Source of the DNA: Eremomyces bilateralis CBS 781.70
Taxonomy: Eukaryota
Strand: one strand, 5' to 3'
Length of the DNA: 64,000 bases
NCBI GenBank assembly: GCA_010015585.1
Contig: ML975152.1
Position 1 is the stretch's first letter. Each line of letters opens with the position of its first letter. Shown here piece after piece: positions 1 to 12,174 of this stretch. The notes under the pieces are model-generated. The model was not told where the DNA came from, did no database searches, and saw only the letters and a list, made by a program, of their open reading frames with translations. The position numbers and the translations under genes were made by a program.

Positions 1-39
1 CCTCGATCCCCGCATAGCATCCAGCTAACTTCCACGTAG

Positions 40-448
40 TGACTGTACCCCTCTCGTCTCCACCATGGGCACCCTCTTCCAAATCCTCGACGACCACCTC
101 AACCTCTCCTCCCAATCCTACTCCGTCCGCAAAGGCCACTGCGAAGACCTCACCGAGGGCAAGTTCTCCTTCCCCGTCATCCACGCCATCCGCGCCGACC
201 CCCGCGACCTGGTGCTCGTCTCCATCCTGCGCCAGAAAACCAACGACGACGAGGTCAAGAAGTTCGCCGTGCGCTACATGGAGGGGAAGGGCAGTTTTCA
301 GTATACAAGAGAGGTCATGGAGGGGTTGCGGGCGCGCGCGGTCGAGATGGTGGGCGCGTTGGTGGAGAAGGTGGATGGGTTCCGGGGACAGGGACAGCTG
401 GGTGGGCAAGAGGTCATGGCAATCTTGGCGAGGATGAATGTCGACTGA
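40..448 (+). CDS. Geranylgeranyl pyrophosphate synthase, last exon (gene begins upstream of the window)
   Basis: Branch point GCTAAC and acceptor TAG end at 39. Translation GTLFQILDDHLNL..KGHCEDLTEGKFSFPVIHAI..ILRQKT matches the C-terminal motifs of type III GGPP synthases (BTS1/al-3 family). Stop at 446-448. Confidence 0.9.
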
Positions 449-882
449 TTCGTTCGATATATTTATTGCTTCGTTTCTATGGATGGGGAACAGCGGGCCT
501 GGTTGGTTTTTTTGACATTCAGGTCTGCGTTGCATCGGTAGGCGTCCGGTTCGAACTCTGCGGAATCCGCGCCAGGATTTCGCTTGGGAAGAGAGGGGGA
601 GAAATTGTGCGACGCCAAGGCCTCACTCGGGGTATTTATCCAGAAATATTTTGTAATCTAATTGATAGTAACTTCGAATCACGCAAATACCATGGCAGGC
701 CATTCATCAGGGGTATCTACGCTCGGGAGAATGGATGCCAAACACCCGCATATATAAGAAACAACTTTGGATTTCGCTTTCATGTCACAGGTCATGCCTA
801 CCCACGTCCGTCTCTCATGCAAACGCCCAACCCAATGCTAAGTCCCAACCCAAACAAACAAAACGCTCCCATCCGATCCTCC

Positions 883-2855
883 TCACCCCCCGCCCCGCTG
901 CGCCAACAGTCCCGCCAGCGCGCCTAGCACCTCGCCCACATCCTCCTTCCCCCCGGCCGCCGCCCTGCCGTTCCGATCCCGCGCCTCCAAGAACTCCGCC
1001 GCCGTGCCGAGCACGCGGTCGGCCATGCGTTCGGCGGCGAGGCGGTACTGCTCGATGCGGTGGACGCCGTCGGCGAGGGTGTCGATGGAGGGTTCGAGGG
1101 AGTCGAGGAGAGGCTGGAGGCGGGATTCGAGGGCTGCTTTCGCGGTTTGGGGATGCGGTGATGGGGCGCGGGGGGGCTGGTCGTTGGAGGGGGGTGGTTG
1201 GGGGGTAGGTAGTAGAAGGGGTGGGTGGAGGATGGAGTTGAAGATGGTGGATTGTTCCGGGTCGTCGAGGAGGTCGGGGTGGATGGGGGAGGGGGGAGTC
1301 GATGTGGAGGGGTCGAAGGCCGGGATCGGGGGGAGCACGGAGGAAAGGGTTTCCCATGATTTCTTCTCCGCTTGGAGCCTAGCATTACTAGATTAGATGG
1401 ACGTTTCCGGGTGAAGATCGTGGCTAAGCGTTACCTTTCAATATCTTGCTCGAGCTCTTTCAGCTTTTCAACCATCTGAGCATTGCGCGGATTTGGTTTT
1501 TTAACTACTACTGCCGGCGCGATCTCTTCCTATAATATGGTCAGCCGAATAATTCGCCCATCAGCTACACGTCGACCTACCCTACTAAACCAATCCGATA
1601 TTTCCGGATTGTTCGCGAAGTCTTTCAGCAGCTCGGCCTGGATGTGACGTGCTACGCATTCCGTTAGCTCTATTGATTCTGCGCTCCGTTATGATTTCTC
1701 GGGTACTCGGGACTTACCAGCTTCGAGCGCTAGGACAGCGTTGGCATCGCCATTGCCGTTGGGTTTCTCTGGTATAGCTCGTGCTCCACACCACGTCAAA
1801 AGTTGGAGCATCCGTTTTGGCTCTAGGATGTTCTGGTCGATGTGTTTGTAGAACTCGAGGATCTCGACGTCGGCGTGTGGTACAGCTAGATAGAGTTCCA
1901 CGTCAGTATAATCCATTGACGAACAAAGTTGGGTAACCAGCTTTGATCTTTCCTCGACAGACAGGTCGCAGACTTGTCTAGACGCTGGTTCGATGACAGC
2001 CGCCAATACCCAAGAGGATATATTACCATTTGAAGTGCCACTCTCTATCAACGAGCTTGCTCGTCGACCGCGCGTCCCAGCGCTACTTCTCCTGTGATTT
2101 TGCCCACCGCCTTTCCGCATCTCCTTATTGCGCTTGATAACTGGAGTATCTGCGAACGGCAGTGCAATCTTCGTAGCATCGCGCTTCTGAGTCTTGTCCG
2201 TCTCAGAGGCCGCCACCACGTGTTCTGGTTCTTGATGCCGTTCATTCCTCCGGGGTTTTTGCCGACGTGACTTCTCCGGCTCCGGAACGTACTCGTGCTC
2301 ATCCACTTCCGCTTTGTCGCCAGATAGTCGAGCTGATCGTCGCTTGGGAACAGTTTCCTGCGTTTTCTTCTTGGGGACCGGCGTAGAGAACGAGTATTTC
2401 TTCCGCTTTGGCTTGTCTGTCGCCGCTTCTTCGCCCGGTGGAGTTTCTTGCTGTTTTGGCGGATCTGGCTGCTTTGCTTGGGGTGGTGCATTTTTTGATC
2501 TTGTTCGAGAGAATTGAAAGCCATGGTCATTCTCATCGTAGGCTGGGGGCCACAGTTAGCCATGGTTCCCGACCTCCTGTCGTGGGATTCTGCCATTCCC
2601 AACGACGATGCGAAATCGCGCGTGGGGGGTCCACTAACCTATCTTTGGTTTCTTTGATGCGCCAGTCACCCTGTTTCCAGCCGGCTTCCCTGACGTCGTG
2701 GGCAACTCGCTGGCGTCCATTTTGCTCCGCTTCGCAGCCGCTCCCGATCCATCCCCCTCTTCAAACGCTTGTTCAGCACTTCGTCGTCGCGTGGGCCGCT
2801 GCACCGATGGCATCCTAAGAGTTTGCACCGGTTCCCGAGTAATTATAGTTGTCAT
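883..2855 (-). CDS. DSN1: Kinetochore MIND/Mis12 complex subunit Dsn1/Mis13 (multi-exon)
   Basis: ATG at 2855 (MTTIITREP). Motifs IALPFADTPVIKRNKEMRK, RRSSxGxRGRRASSLI, PHADV..FYKHI..EPKRMLQLLTWCG and C-terminal LEPSIDTLADGVHRIEQYR are typical of Pezizomycotina Mis13/Dsn1. Canonical introns are present, e.g. 1886-2026. Confidence 0.8.
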
Positions 2856-2869
2856 TGGAGCCCCTGCGA

Positions 2870-2950
2870 CGTATGCGCGTTTGTGGATGTGCGGGTCCCT
2901 GGTCTCCGTTGAGCGCGTCGATGGTGGATGGGCGGGAATTGAGCGCGTCA
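2870..2950 (-). promoter_or_regulatory. Three ACGCG (MCB-like) cores just upstream of the DSN1 ATG
   Basis: TTGAGCGCGTC occurs at 2909-2919 and 2939-2949, and GCGCGTTT at 2875-2882. All read ACGCG on the minus strand. Confidence 0.4.
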
Positions 2951-3334
2951 ATGACAGCGCACCAATTTTAAATTCGAATCCGAAAGACTGACGGTTAGTA
3001 TAGATAATGGTGAGTGGAAATGCGACCGGTCGCCTCGTTGTGACCTTGGGTGACAGTTGGAGGGGGTGCAATACACCGTTGCCGTCCGATGGCCGTGCAA
3101 TCAAAACAATTGAAGGTCTTGGCATGAATGGCCTCCCGTGCACGTGCTTGGCCACCGGAACTTCATCTCAAGATTCTCAACCATGTTGGAAAAGTTTCAA
3201 AGTTCTTCTCGAGATACTGGACACCGGTACACGCAGTACTTTGACTTATAAAATCCTTGGTTTATTTAGCCTGTGGATATAGTACTCAATTCGCATTACA
3301 ATTGGTCCTGCTGTAAGAGCAGAAGAGATATACA

Positions 3335-3922
3335 ATGGCATTCGCCAATCGTGCTTTCCGAATCATCCGCAAACTCGACTCCTGCTACATCCAGCCGCCA
3401 TATACGAAGCGGTTATCGACCTCAGCGCGCAACTATGCCGCTTCCGATGCTATCCCACGAATCGCACGGCCTTCATTCTGGCAATCCCTCATTCCAAAAC
3501 CGTTTCGACGAGGAGAACAGCCACCTTCGGCAAAAGGACGTACGGCGGACGGATGGCTGTTCTTTATTATCATGCCATTACTCATCGGGTCCCAGGCTAT
3601 CCAGTTAATAACCCTCAAGAAGGAAATGGCAGCGTACTCGCGACAGACTAAAGGAAAGATTGCTCTGTTGAAAGAGGTGATTGGGAGGATTCAGAAGGGG
3701 GAGCAGTTCGATGTAGGCAAGGCGTTGGGCGGTGGAGATCCGATCCCGGAGGAAGAATGGAAGGAGACAATGGAGGAAGTGAAGAGTGGCCCATTATTCT
3801 CGGAGAAAGACAGGAGACCGCCATGGACGAAGCGAGAGACGAAAGCGGAGAAACCTGAAAAGACGGAGGAGCCCGAAAGTCTACCCGAGTCATCCATTAA
3901 GAAGCCCGCAACGTTTTATTGA
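3335..3922 (+). CDS. Conserved fungal single-TM protein, probably mitochondrial (resembles DUF5321)
   Basis: Intronless 195-aa ORF with an Arg/Ser-rich presequence-like N-terminus, one TM (FFIIMPLLIGSQAIQLI), then KIALLKEVIGRIQKGEQFDVGKALGGGDP..EEEW. Confidence 0.7.
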   Translation: MAFANRAFRIIRKLDSCYIQPPYTKRLSTSARNYAASDAIPRIARPSFWQSLIPKPFRRGEQPPSAKGRTADGWLFFIIMPLLIGSQAIQLITLKKEMAAYSRQTKGKIALLKEVIGRIQKGEQFDVGKALGGGDPIPEEEWKETMEEVKSGPLFSEKDRRPPWTKRETKAEKPEKTEEPESLPESSIKKPATFY

Positions 3923-3978
3923 ATGCCTAGGATACGAGCCTCTTCGACCACCTCATTGCCAACATTTTCGGAAACCGT

Positions 3979-5849
3979 TCATTCCTCTAGTGGAATGTGC
4001 TCTTCCCACGAACATCTGGGACATCGACATGGTCCTCCGAGCGCACCCTTCGCCCACTCTCTCCTCTCCTGGACGTTCAATCGCACATCGCAGTAATAAC
4101 CGAAGACCTCGTCTCCTTTCCGTAAACCAGCGATGCTCCTCTCGGATTTCCCCGCCCACTTCGCCATCTGTTCTCGGACCTGGAACGTCATCTTCCCAAG
4201 CCAATTCCATTCGACATTGGGATCACAACTGTGGTTGGCAAGGCACCACAGGGGATGAACAGCACCAACTTCGGGTCTCCCGTCGGGACCTAGACGCGCG
4301 GACGCTGTGCCTCGAAACTTGGCGTATAGAGTGTTGAACACCCAGATGTCATATCTGCCCGGATTTTCCGAACCGCTCTCGTCATCCTCCTCGGAGCTCC
4401 GGGTGTCAAAGATGTTGACATCCATCTTCTCCAACATGTTCAGTGGAATGACCACGTTCCATTTGAACGACCAGGGAAGCGTCCTCGGCGGATCGGAGTC
4501 GACTGCGGTCGGCGTGCCGTGGTTCGTAAAGTCGCCCCAGATCCAGCGAAGCTCGTCTAGCGCGAGCGGGTGCTTTCCCTGCGTCTCGGCCATGGCCAGC
4601 GTTCGGAGCAACAGCAGCGCGTACAATGCATCGGGAGCCTGCTTGGCAGGGGCGTCCTTCGCCAGAGCACTGGTGGCTGTATCGCAGAGGGCCGGATGAT
4701 AGGACTCCATGGCGAGGTCTTTGCAGGTTTGCGAGCAGAAGATCTCTTGGCAGTCTTCACATTCAACAGCACCTGCCACGTGGGAGGGATTTTTCTTGTC
4801 TAGAGGTGGGAGCGGTGCGCTACATGCGTCGCAGTATTCTCCATACAGACGGCCGTTGGCGGTCAATAGGGAAACCTCTTCCAAGATCGTGTCTCCAGGT
4901 TGAATGTCCTCCTTTGCGAAGACCCCCAACTGCTCGGACAGTTGCTCTAAACTATCGTTCGAGTTAGTTCAAATTATCCAAGCCGATGGAAAGGATACAC
5001 AGGTGTCCAATGGAATCAGGGTTGTTCAAGGAAGACCACTTAGGAATCACATACTTGGATCCTTCTAGAAGAATCGGCAATGTAGTAGCCCGTACTTCTA
5101 GCCGGGGTGCCACTATAGATATCAAGTTGTTCAGCTGCTGTAGGTTCTCTTCCTCGAACCGATTCTCTTCGAAATGGTTCCATGGATAGATTTCCCGTCG
5201 GGCGTACCCCTGGTCTGGGATCTTGTCTAGAGCATGTTGGTCTATGGCCTCGATACTCTCCGCGTTGATTCCATGGGTATTTAGTATCCTTAGAGTTTCG
5301 TCTTCAAGCGCCCGTGGAAGTTCACTGTAAACGGCCGTCAGCAACGGCAATTAAAATCTGGCTAGTAGATCCAGCGGACACCCACGCCTTACCTCAAAGG
5401 GAGTCGCTGCGCATATTCCACAGCACTCTGGATACAGCCGCAACTTAAAAGACTCTCGACGAGCGCAATGAGCCTGTTCGACCGTTAGTCTGCTGTACAT
5501 GCCGTGGCCAATCTGCCACGAAGCCCGAACAAATTTTGACGAGGGCCAAAAGAGATCAAGCTCGGGATAGCGTTCACGCTGTCTGTTTCCATCGCTTCAC
5601 GGCCTCATGGACGTCGCGTTCACTGCCGTCGACATGACCGTTCAGATCCGCATACGATGCGCTGAGAACTGGGTCATGGAACTCGGCGCAGTCGTCGAGG
5701 ATTTCATCGGTTAGGAGAAGCGCCTTGTATGCTTCGCCGGCTTTCAGGTCCGGGAAGTTCGCAGTACCGTAGGCGGCTGCTAACTGAAGGCGGTTTTGGA
5801 TACTGTATGGATTCTGGGAAACAAGTCGCTGGATATCTTGGACTGCCAT
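3979..5849 (-). CDS. SET-MYND (SMYD/Set5-like) lysine methyltransferase (multi-exon)
   Basis: SET motifs GVFAKEDIQPGDTILEE, ANHSCDPN and GDEVFGYY, post-SET CRCPRC, and a MYND-like insertion CDAC..CEDC..FCSQTC..H..C. Upstream exons lie in ORFs 4964-5350 and 5574-5849. Confidence 0.85.
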
Positions 5850-6293
5850 TGGGGTGCAGTAGTAACGCTACTGCACGCTCTTGATTTGATGTTTTCACGA
5901 AAATTCCTCAAGCGGGATGCTCAAACGCGGAGGAAAAATATATGTGACGATCAGGCCAGGGGGGTTACGGAGATCTGAGATAATTTCTTCATCATTGGTA
6001 GCTCTGGGTTCGGGTGGCAAGGTTGGATGCTCCTCTCCACCCAACGAGAACGATAAGCTAAACGAAACGCCATAAAAATCATTAGATGGCCTCCACGTTC
6101 ATGTCTGAATGTCCAGATAACCAAATTACCCACGGAGACACCAGTTGCCTAAAATCCCAAGCAACGCCCAATTCCATCATCGTCTCGTCATAATAATGCT
6201 GTAAAAGATGCCACCAATTGTACACCTTGAGACATAGACCCCAAGAGCAACGACCATCCCCCAGATTCAGGAGTATATATCCTTCGTCGTTCA

Positions 6294-7206
6294 TCACCCC
6301 GTATTCTCCGGACTGGGGCTCAGCATCGCCTGAATGCTCAACCCACTCCTCCCCTGCTTCCCCACGCGCTTCCCCCCCTCCCCGTCCCGACCGTCCGCGT
6401 CCACCTTCCGCTTGCCCTGGTGATGCCTGGTCGCATGGTGGTGATGGTAATGACTATGATATCCTCCACCCCGCACCGCGGATGCCGCTCCGCTGTCCCG
6501 GCTCCCGAACGAGGCGCGCCGTGGGTCATCTGCATGGTCGCTCTCAGCGTCTGAAGCCCCCAAGCCGCTGTCATCCCCTTCCATACCGTGGCCGGCGGAT
6601 GACGTGGCGAGCCCCTCGGACCCGCTGCCCATCTCCGCCGTCGATGTGTCCGTGAGGTCCGTGACGGACCCCATGATGCTCCCTCGCTCCTTGCGTTGGT
6701 TGGAGCGATGGGCGGCTTGGATGTTTTTGAGTCCTTTTTCCATGCACTAAGGAGATGTTATCAGCCTTGGGATCATCTGGGTAGGAGTAACACGCCGTTG
6801 AGTTGTCTCTAGATGGAGTAGAAACGGAATGGGCACAAACCTTAGCTTCGATCATCTGCCAGCTTTTCTCCCCGAGTCGGTCACTCAACATGGTCCACAT
6901 ATCCCTTCGCACCAGCATGTATTCCCGCGCGAGGGTCTCCCACTTGATGCCGTCCCAGTCCTCGGCGTTCCGTCGTTCCATTAACCGCTCGTGCCGCTTT
7001 CGACACGCGTTCGCGGTCTTGCTGGGGAAATACTTGCTGGCGATCGGCTGCCAGTTGAGGCCCGATGCCCGTGCAGCCATTAGGGTCTCGTCATCTTCCG
7101 CGGTCCATGTCGTCGAGGTTCTTTGCGCCTGGGCGGGGATCTCCGTCGAAGGAGTAATAGGGGAAGGTCGGATATGAGGAGAGGCAGCTCGAAGTTCCTT
7201 GGGCAT
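6294..7206 (-). CDS. Myb/SANT-like DNA-binding protein (one intron, about 6748-6840)
   Basis: WTAEDDETLMAARASGLNWQPIASKYFPSKTANACRKRHERL is a Myb repeat, followed by a second degenerate repeat (W..L...Y...R.DMW..L....G..W...EAKCM). The tail is His-rich and low-complexity. Confidence 0.85.
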
Positions 7207-9119
7207 GATGACGCCCTCCTAGCTGTTACAGAATGGATTTAGAAAGACGAGGTTGCTAAGAAAAGAAAGGGTGACGATGCAGGAGTGCAGGTTGCAGTCG
7301 GGAGGAATGGCTGGATATCAAGCGACTGACTAACTGAGACGCCTGATCTGAAAACGAAAAGAAAACGAATAGTAAGGAGAAGAGAATACAGGAAAGACGT
7401 AGGACGATTATTATCTATAATTAAGATCGGTGAAGGATGCCCCCCAGTGGTTTCAAAGAAGGACGAGGAGACCCAAAGATGATAATGACCAAGGAAATAA
7501 ATCTAAGAAATGGAAGGAAAAGAGAAAGGAAAACACATAGGAAAGGGGATTGATTTGCTGTGGTTTCAGTTATACCGGAGGGAGAGGAAGTTGAGAGACC
7601 GTTCTGAAGGCCAGCATATATACAAGTCGCAGTCGACTGTGGTGGCACAGGTTAGTCGCGATATCAAACAAGGCATGGCGCATAGACGAGGTATTCCAAT
7701 GAATTGTCCAGCCACATCGTTCTGAAACGGAATCGAGTTTCTTTAAACGCCCATCAAGGCTCTGCATGGCGTCTTTCGGCGGTCATCGAACGTGGGTTCT
7801 CTCGCCGATCGAGGCAAGGGGCGGAAGATGAGCAATATGCCTTGTTCAACCGCTGGGAGGGATGCACTGCAGCGTCTCTCGAGAGGCGAGGTCGTACTAA
7901 ATCGAATCAGCGTGGAGAGGCCAACAGGCGGTCGCATAGGCCGCCATAGACGACTGGTACATGTCCACTTTCGCCAGCAAGGATCAAAAGCATGCCATTG
8001 CTCCGTGGAGAGATCCTGCCCGGCGGCTGTTTCGAAGAAGAGAACGTGTGTTGCGGATTTCCAGTGCGGCTAGACGTGTTGCAGTCTTGCAGAGAGGAAG
8101 TATCTGAGGAACAGTTGACATCTGTACGAAGGATTCGAGGTTAGCGCTGGCCTTTGACAGTAGGTAACCTGGGGCCCTATCCGCCAATCGCTCATCATCA
8201 GCGGCTCTTCCAGGGAGGGCTTGTCGGCGCATAGGGCGTTGGTTGGAGGGGTTCAAGGGGTTCGGTTGGCTGCTCCCGAGCGTCTCCTTTCGCCGTGCCG
8301 TGCCGTACTGCTGGTCCAGGGACTCTATCCAATAATTAATATTTTTCTTCTACATCCCGTCTTCGTTTGGAAGAGGGACTGAAAGGGGCGGATGCTATCC
8401 AGTCAAATTTGGAGAATGCACCGCCACTTATTCCAATTATGATTGGAAGAGCGGAGGAGACTTGGAATCTGCGGTCCGCGGTGCATTCGTCCCTGGTCAT
8501 GGGGATGGTAAATGATAGACGACTGGAGTTCGCATTGTCCAGTAAAGCTATTTGCGGGAAGGTGATTACGCCGAAGAGGCTTATCCGCGATGACCAGCTT
8601 CGACTTTCCACCGAAGAGTCAAATGGTGGATATGATATGGTGAACGGCGAGGACATGGAATAACATCCACCTGTGGAGTTAGAGAGACTGATACAGTGCC
8701 CTGGGATGCACTGGAAAGGGTCATTATACTTATTCTCTGTCTGGTTCTTCTGAGCTTCGACGGATATCCTTATCTCCTTGTGCCTGGAGGATCGGAAGTG
8801 TTATTGAATCCTTTTAAGTTCTTATCAAGACTAATGCCCAGTTCTTGGTAGAGAAAGGAAGCTACAAGGAAGCTTCCCGATGTCATCATCAATTAGTTAA
8901 GGGCATTTAAGGCACACAGAATTCAAAGACTGGAGCCGGGCACATGCGGATCATTCATACTAGACTCTCTCCCATACTACGACGGATATAAACAATCTCA
9001 ATTGCAATCGTATGCCGCGAGCTTTGCGAATAACGTAGCCTATCCTCGTCCTCTTGTGTCTACACGCAGCGCAGCGAATAGACAGGAAGGACTCCATTGG
9101 GTTCCACCCCTTAAATGAC

Positions 9120-10629
9120 ATGGTCTTTCTTCGACCGCGTCGTGGAGCCTCCTTCAACACGCAACGTCTCCTGAACTTCAACAAACCCCTTGGCCATCTT
9201 GATATTCTGATATCCGCATTCCAACAACGACAGTGTCGCATTCTCCAGACCGCCGCTCATTCTCCGCTCATTTCTTTACCATGTACTCGGCCACCCGTTA
9301 GACCCTCTGCCCTTCGATCCAGACGGAGGTATCCCACAACCTCCTTCGTCATGTCCGAATCCTTCCAGCAGACGCGCCAGCACTCTGGTGGCCATCATCA
9401 TCACGAGGACAACGTATATCTGACCTCGACCAACAAGAACGATGCAGGAGTTAGGATCACAAGAGTCGGACTCTTCGTCAACCTGGGCATGGCCATCAGC
9501 AAAGGGATCGGTGGATACGTGTTTCATTCGCAAGGTAAAGCCTTCACCAAGATGTAAAGTTTGAATAAGCCATTGTATATTGACAACACCCGCAGCACTT
9601 GCCGCCGATGCCGTCCATTCCCTCACCGATCTCGTTTCTGACTTCATGACACTTGCGACCATCTCCTGGTCCCTCAAGCCACCCACCGAGCGCTTCCCTA
9701 CCGGCTATGGCAAAATCGAGTCGCTGGGCTCCCTCGGCGTGAGCTCGATTCTTCTCATTGGCGGCACCCTCATGGGATGGGCCGCGCTCATCGATCTCTG
9801 CCACACCTACCTCCCCGCGGTGGCAGAAGGAATGGAATACCTAGGCATTGCTGGGCATGGCCATTCACACACACATATCATCCCGAATATACAAGCCGCC
9901 TGGATCGCGGGAGGGAGCATTGTTATTAAAGAGTGGTTGTACCGTGCGACCCTGAAGGTTGCGAAGGAGAGAAAGAGCTCGGTGCTAGAATCCAACGCGG
10001 TTCACCATCGCGTGGACTCGCTCACGGCCATCGCCGCGTTGGTATCGATCGCCGGGTCAAATATTGTTCCCTCGTTCAGGGGGATGGATGCTTTCGGCTC
10101 TCTGCTGATCACGTACCTCGTGGTCCGGACCGGCTGGACGAACACCCGGACTTCCTTAAACGAACTTGCCGATGCGAGCATGGACGAGGAAGTCAAGGAG
10201 CGCGTGATCAAGGAAGCCGATCGCGCGTTAGACGACATGATGTGGGTCAAATCCCATCCGAACGCGCCGGTGGAGATCCGGAGATGTCAGGGCATCAAAG
10301 CCGGGCAGAACTACTCCGTGGAAATCGAGGTTGCGTGTCCGGCCACTTGGACCGTGGAGAAGACGCGGGTGATCGAGGAGGAGGTTCGCGAGCGGGTGGG
10401 GAGCAGGGTGAGAGGGGTCAGGAGAGTACGGGTAAGGTTTGTGGGCGTGAAGGAGGAGGGGGATCAAGGCTTCATGGATGAGTTTATCAGCCCCAGCGTC
10501 AGTCAGAGGACCAGTCCGGAGCCGGAATCGGATCGAGAGTTCGAGGAGAGTGACGAGGAAGACCATGGACATCACCATAGCCATGGATCCGGCCGCGAGA
10601 ATGGGGATGGCAAGCTAAGAAAGCGTTGA
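9120..10629 (+). CDS. Mitochondrial cation diffusion facilitator (Mmt1/Mmt2-like metal transporter); intron 9535-9595
   Basis: Presequence, then HSGGHHHH..DAGVRITRVGL, ALAADAVHSLTDLVSD, FPTGYGKIESLG and SNAVHHRVDSLT (CDF HxxxD sites), with His-rich loops. The start codon is uncertain. Confidence 0.9.
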
Positions 10630-10935
10630 TTGTAATAGATTCTGTTGGAGTAGACTTGTATCTATACCGCCTCCCGATGGTTAAAATACCTTGGTATCTA
10701 GCATGGTTGGTCGTCCGATGGATTCCCTTCTCCTGAACTGTGAATCGTGGCTCTGCAACTGGTTACCTATGAGTGGTCCTGAGTATTCCCTTAGCTCGGG
10801 ATCAAAATGACTCGAGTAGGTGTGTATGTCTCAACTTCATGCCATCCAAGGGCTTGCTTCTTGCCTCTACTACGCTTTCCTGTACATCTTCAAAATTTAT
10901 AAGCAAAGGACATACGCTTTATTAACGTCGGATAT

Positions 10936-12174
10936 CTATTGACGTCGTACTTCATTTCCAGTTATGTGTATCCTCTTAAGTTCTTCTATAGCCTTCACAG
11001 CGCCAGGTAAGACCTGTAACGCATCTATTTCAATCCTCACGGCCTGGCGCCCGGTGTTCTCTGGAGTGACGTCGAGAAAGAACTCATCCTCCCCTCGAAC
11101 TCCGCCGAGATTCAGCATCCCGAGCGCAAGCCCGCGATCCTTGGCACGTTTAGCCAGTCTCCAAGCACTGTACGTCGCCAAGCTACTCCCAACGACAAGT
11201 AGACGGCTGGCCGTATCGATGGCTTCTTCCGCCTCCGCCTTGACGGCCGCGTTGACGTTCTCGCCGAACATGACGACGGCGGGTTTGAGAACTCCGGCCG
11301 TTGAACCCGCCTGCGATGCGCCATCGGCATCAACGAGCACGGTCTCTCCCGGGGGAGGCTTCTGCAAACAGGCTGGACACGGGGGATAGCGAAACGTCGT
11401 GTACTTCACGCCTTTCAGTTCCAGGTCGCCATCGGGGTTCGTTCGCAGCCCCCTCTCAGCACGTTCATGCGGATCTTCGGTCGACAGTGCGCCGGACTCG
11501 ATCAGGTGTCGTAGCATATCCGCCCACGACGGGTTGAGGGCTTCAAGCTGGGATTGGAAGGCATCCCGGGGGTATGGTGTCTTGCATGTGGTGCAATGTA
11601 CTTGGGCAAGCGTGCCGTGGAGCTCAGTTGTCGGCAGTGCGGGATGTGCATGGGGGTGAAAGGAGTCGACATCTTTCACATAGTCAGCGAAAGGGATCTT
11701 CCCGAGGCGGCACTCAGAAACCAGCAGTGGAAACGTACTCTGAGTAATGACACGACTTAATATCCCCAGCTCACCCAGTCGCCTTACGGCTTCATGGGCA
11801 CCGTTCGGTTTCGCATTCGCGAGGTTCGTCCATCCCAGAAAGCTTCGCGCCCAATACCGCTTCCTCGCCTCGTGGTTGGCCAGGAACTCGGAATAGTAGA
11901 TCGGCCGATACGTCTTATTCAACGTATACGTGCCATTGGTTCCCCGATAGTCGGCCAACCCCGAGGCGACCGATATGCCCGCTCCCGTGAGGAGGACCGT
12001 CTTCCCATTCCGCCGTGTCTCGGCAGCCGCGGTGTCCTTTTCCAACGGGGCGACCAGGAAGTCGACGAGACTGGCGATGGCGCCGGCAAGCGGACGCGCA
12101 GTGGCTGGAATGATCCGCGGCGGAGGGAGGGGGCTGATATAGGGGATTCTCATCAACATGGGGACGCCGCTCAT
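10936..12174 (-). CDS. NAD-dependent sirtuin, class II (SIRT4-like); intron 11673-11738
   Basis: LLTGAGISVASGLADYRG, RKRYWARSFLGW (SIRT4-class signature), ITQ|NVD after splicing, ELHG, Zn-binding CTTC/CPAC, LKPAVVMFGE and GSSL. The start may be 12174 or 12159. Confidence 0.9.
   Translation of the reverse strand: MSGVPMLMRIPYISPLPPPRIIPATARPLAGAIASLVDFLVAPLEKDTAAAETRRNGKTVLLTGAGISVASGLADYRGTNGTYTLNKTYRPIYYSEFLANHEARKRYWARSFLGWTNLANAKPNGAHEAVRRLGELGILSRVITQSTFPLLVSECRLGKIPFADYVKDVDSFHPHAHPALPTTELHGTLAQVHCTTCKTPYPRDAFQSQLEALNPSWADMLRHLIESGALSTEDPHERAERGLRTNPDGDLELKGVKYTTFRYPPCPACLQKPPPGETVLVDADGASQAGSTAGVLKPAVVMFGENVNAAVKAEAEEAIDTASRLLVVGSSLATYSAWRLAKRAKDRGLALGMLNLGGVRGEDEFFLDVTPENTGRQAVRIEIDALQVLPGAVKAIEELKRIHITGNEVRRQ

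Noticed and set aside
40..448. GGPP synthase as part of a terpenoid cluster; DDHLN variant of the second Asp-rich motif
   Set aside because: The downstream neighbours are housekeeping genes, the His is at a variable position, and the upstream context is not visible.
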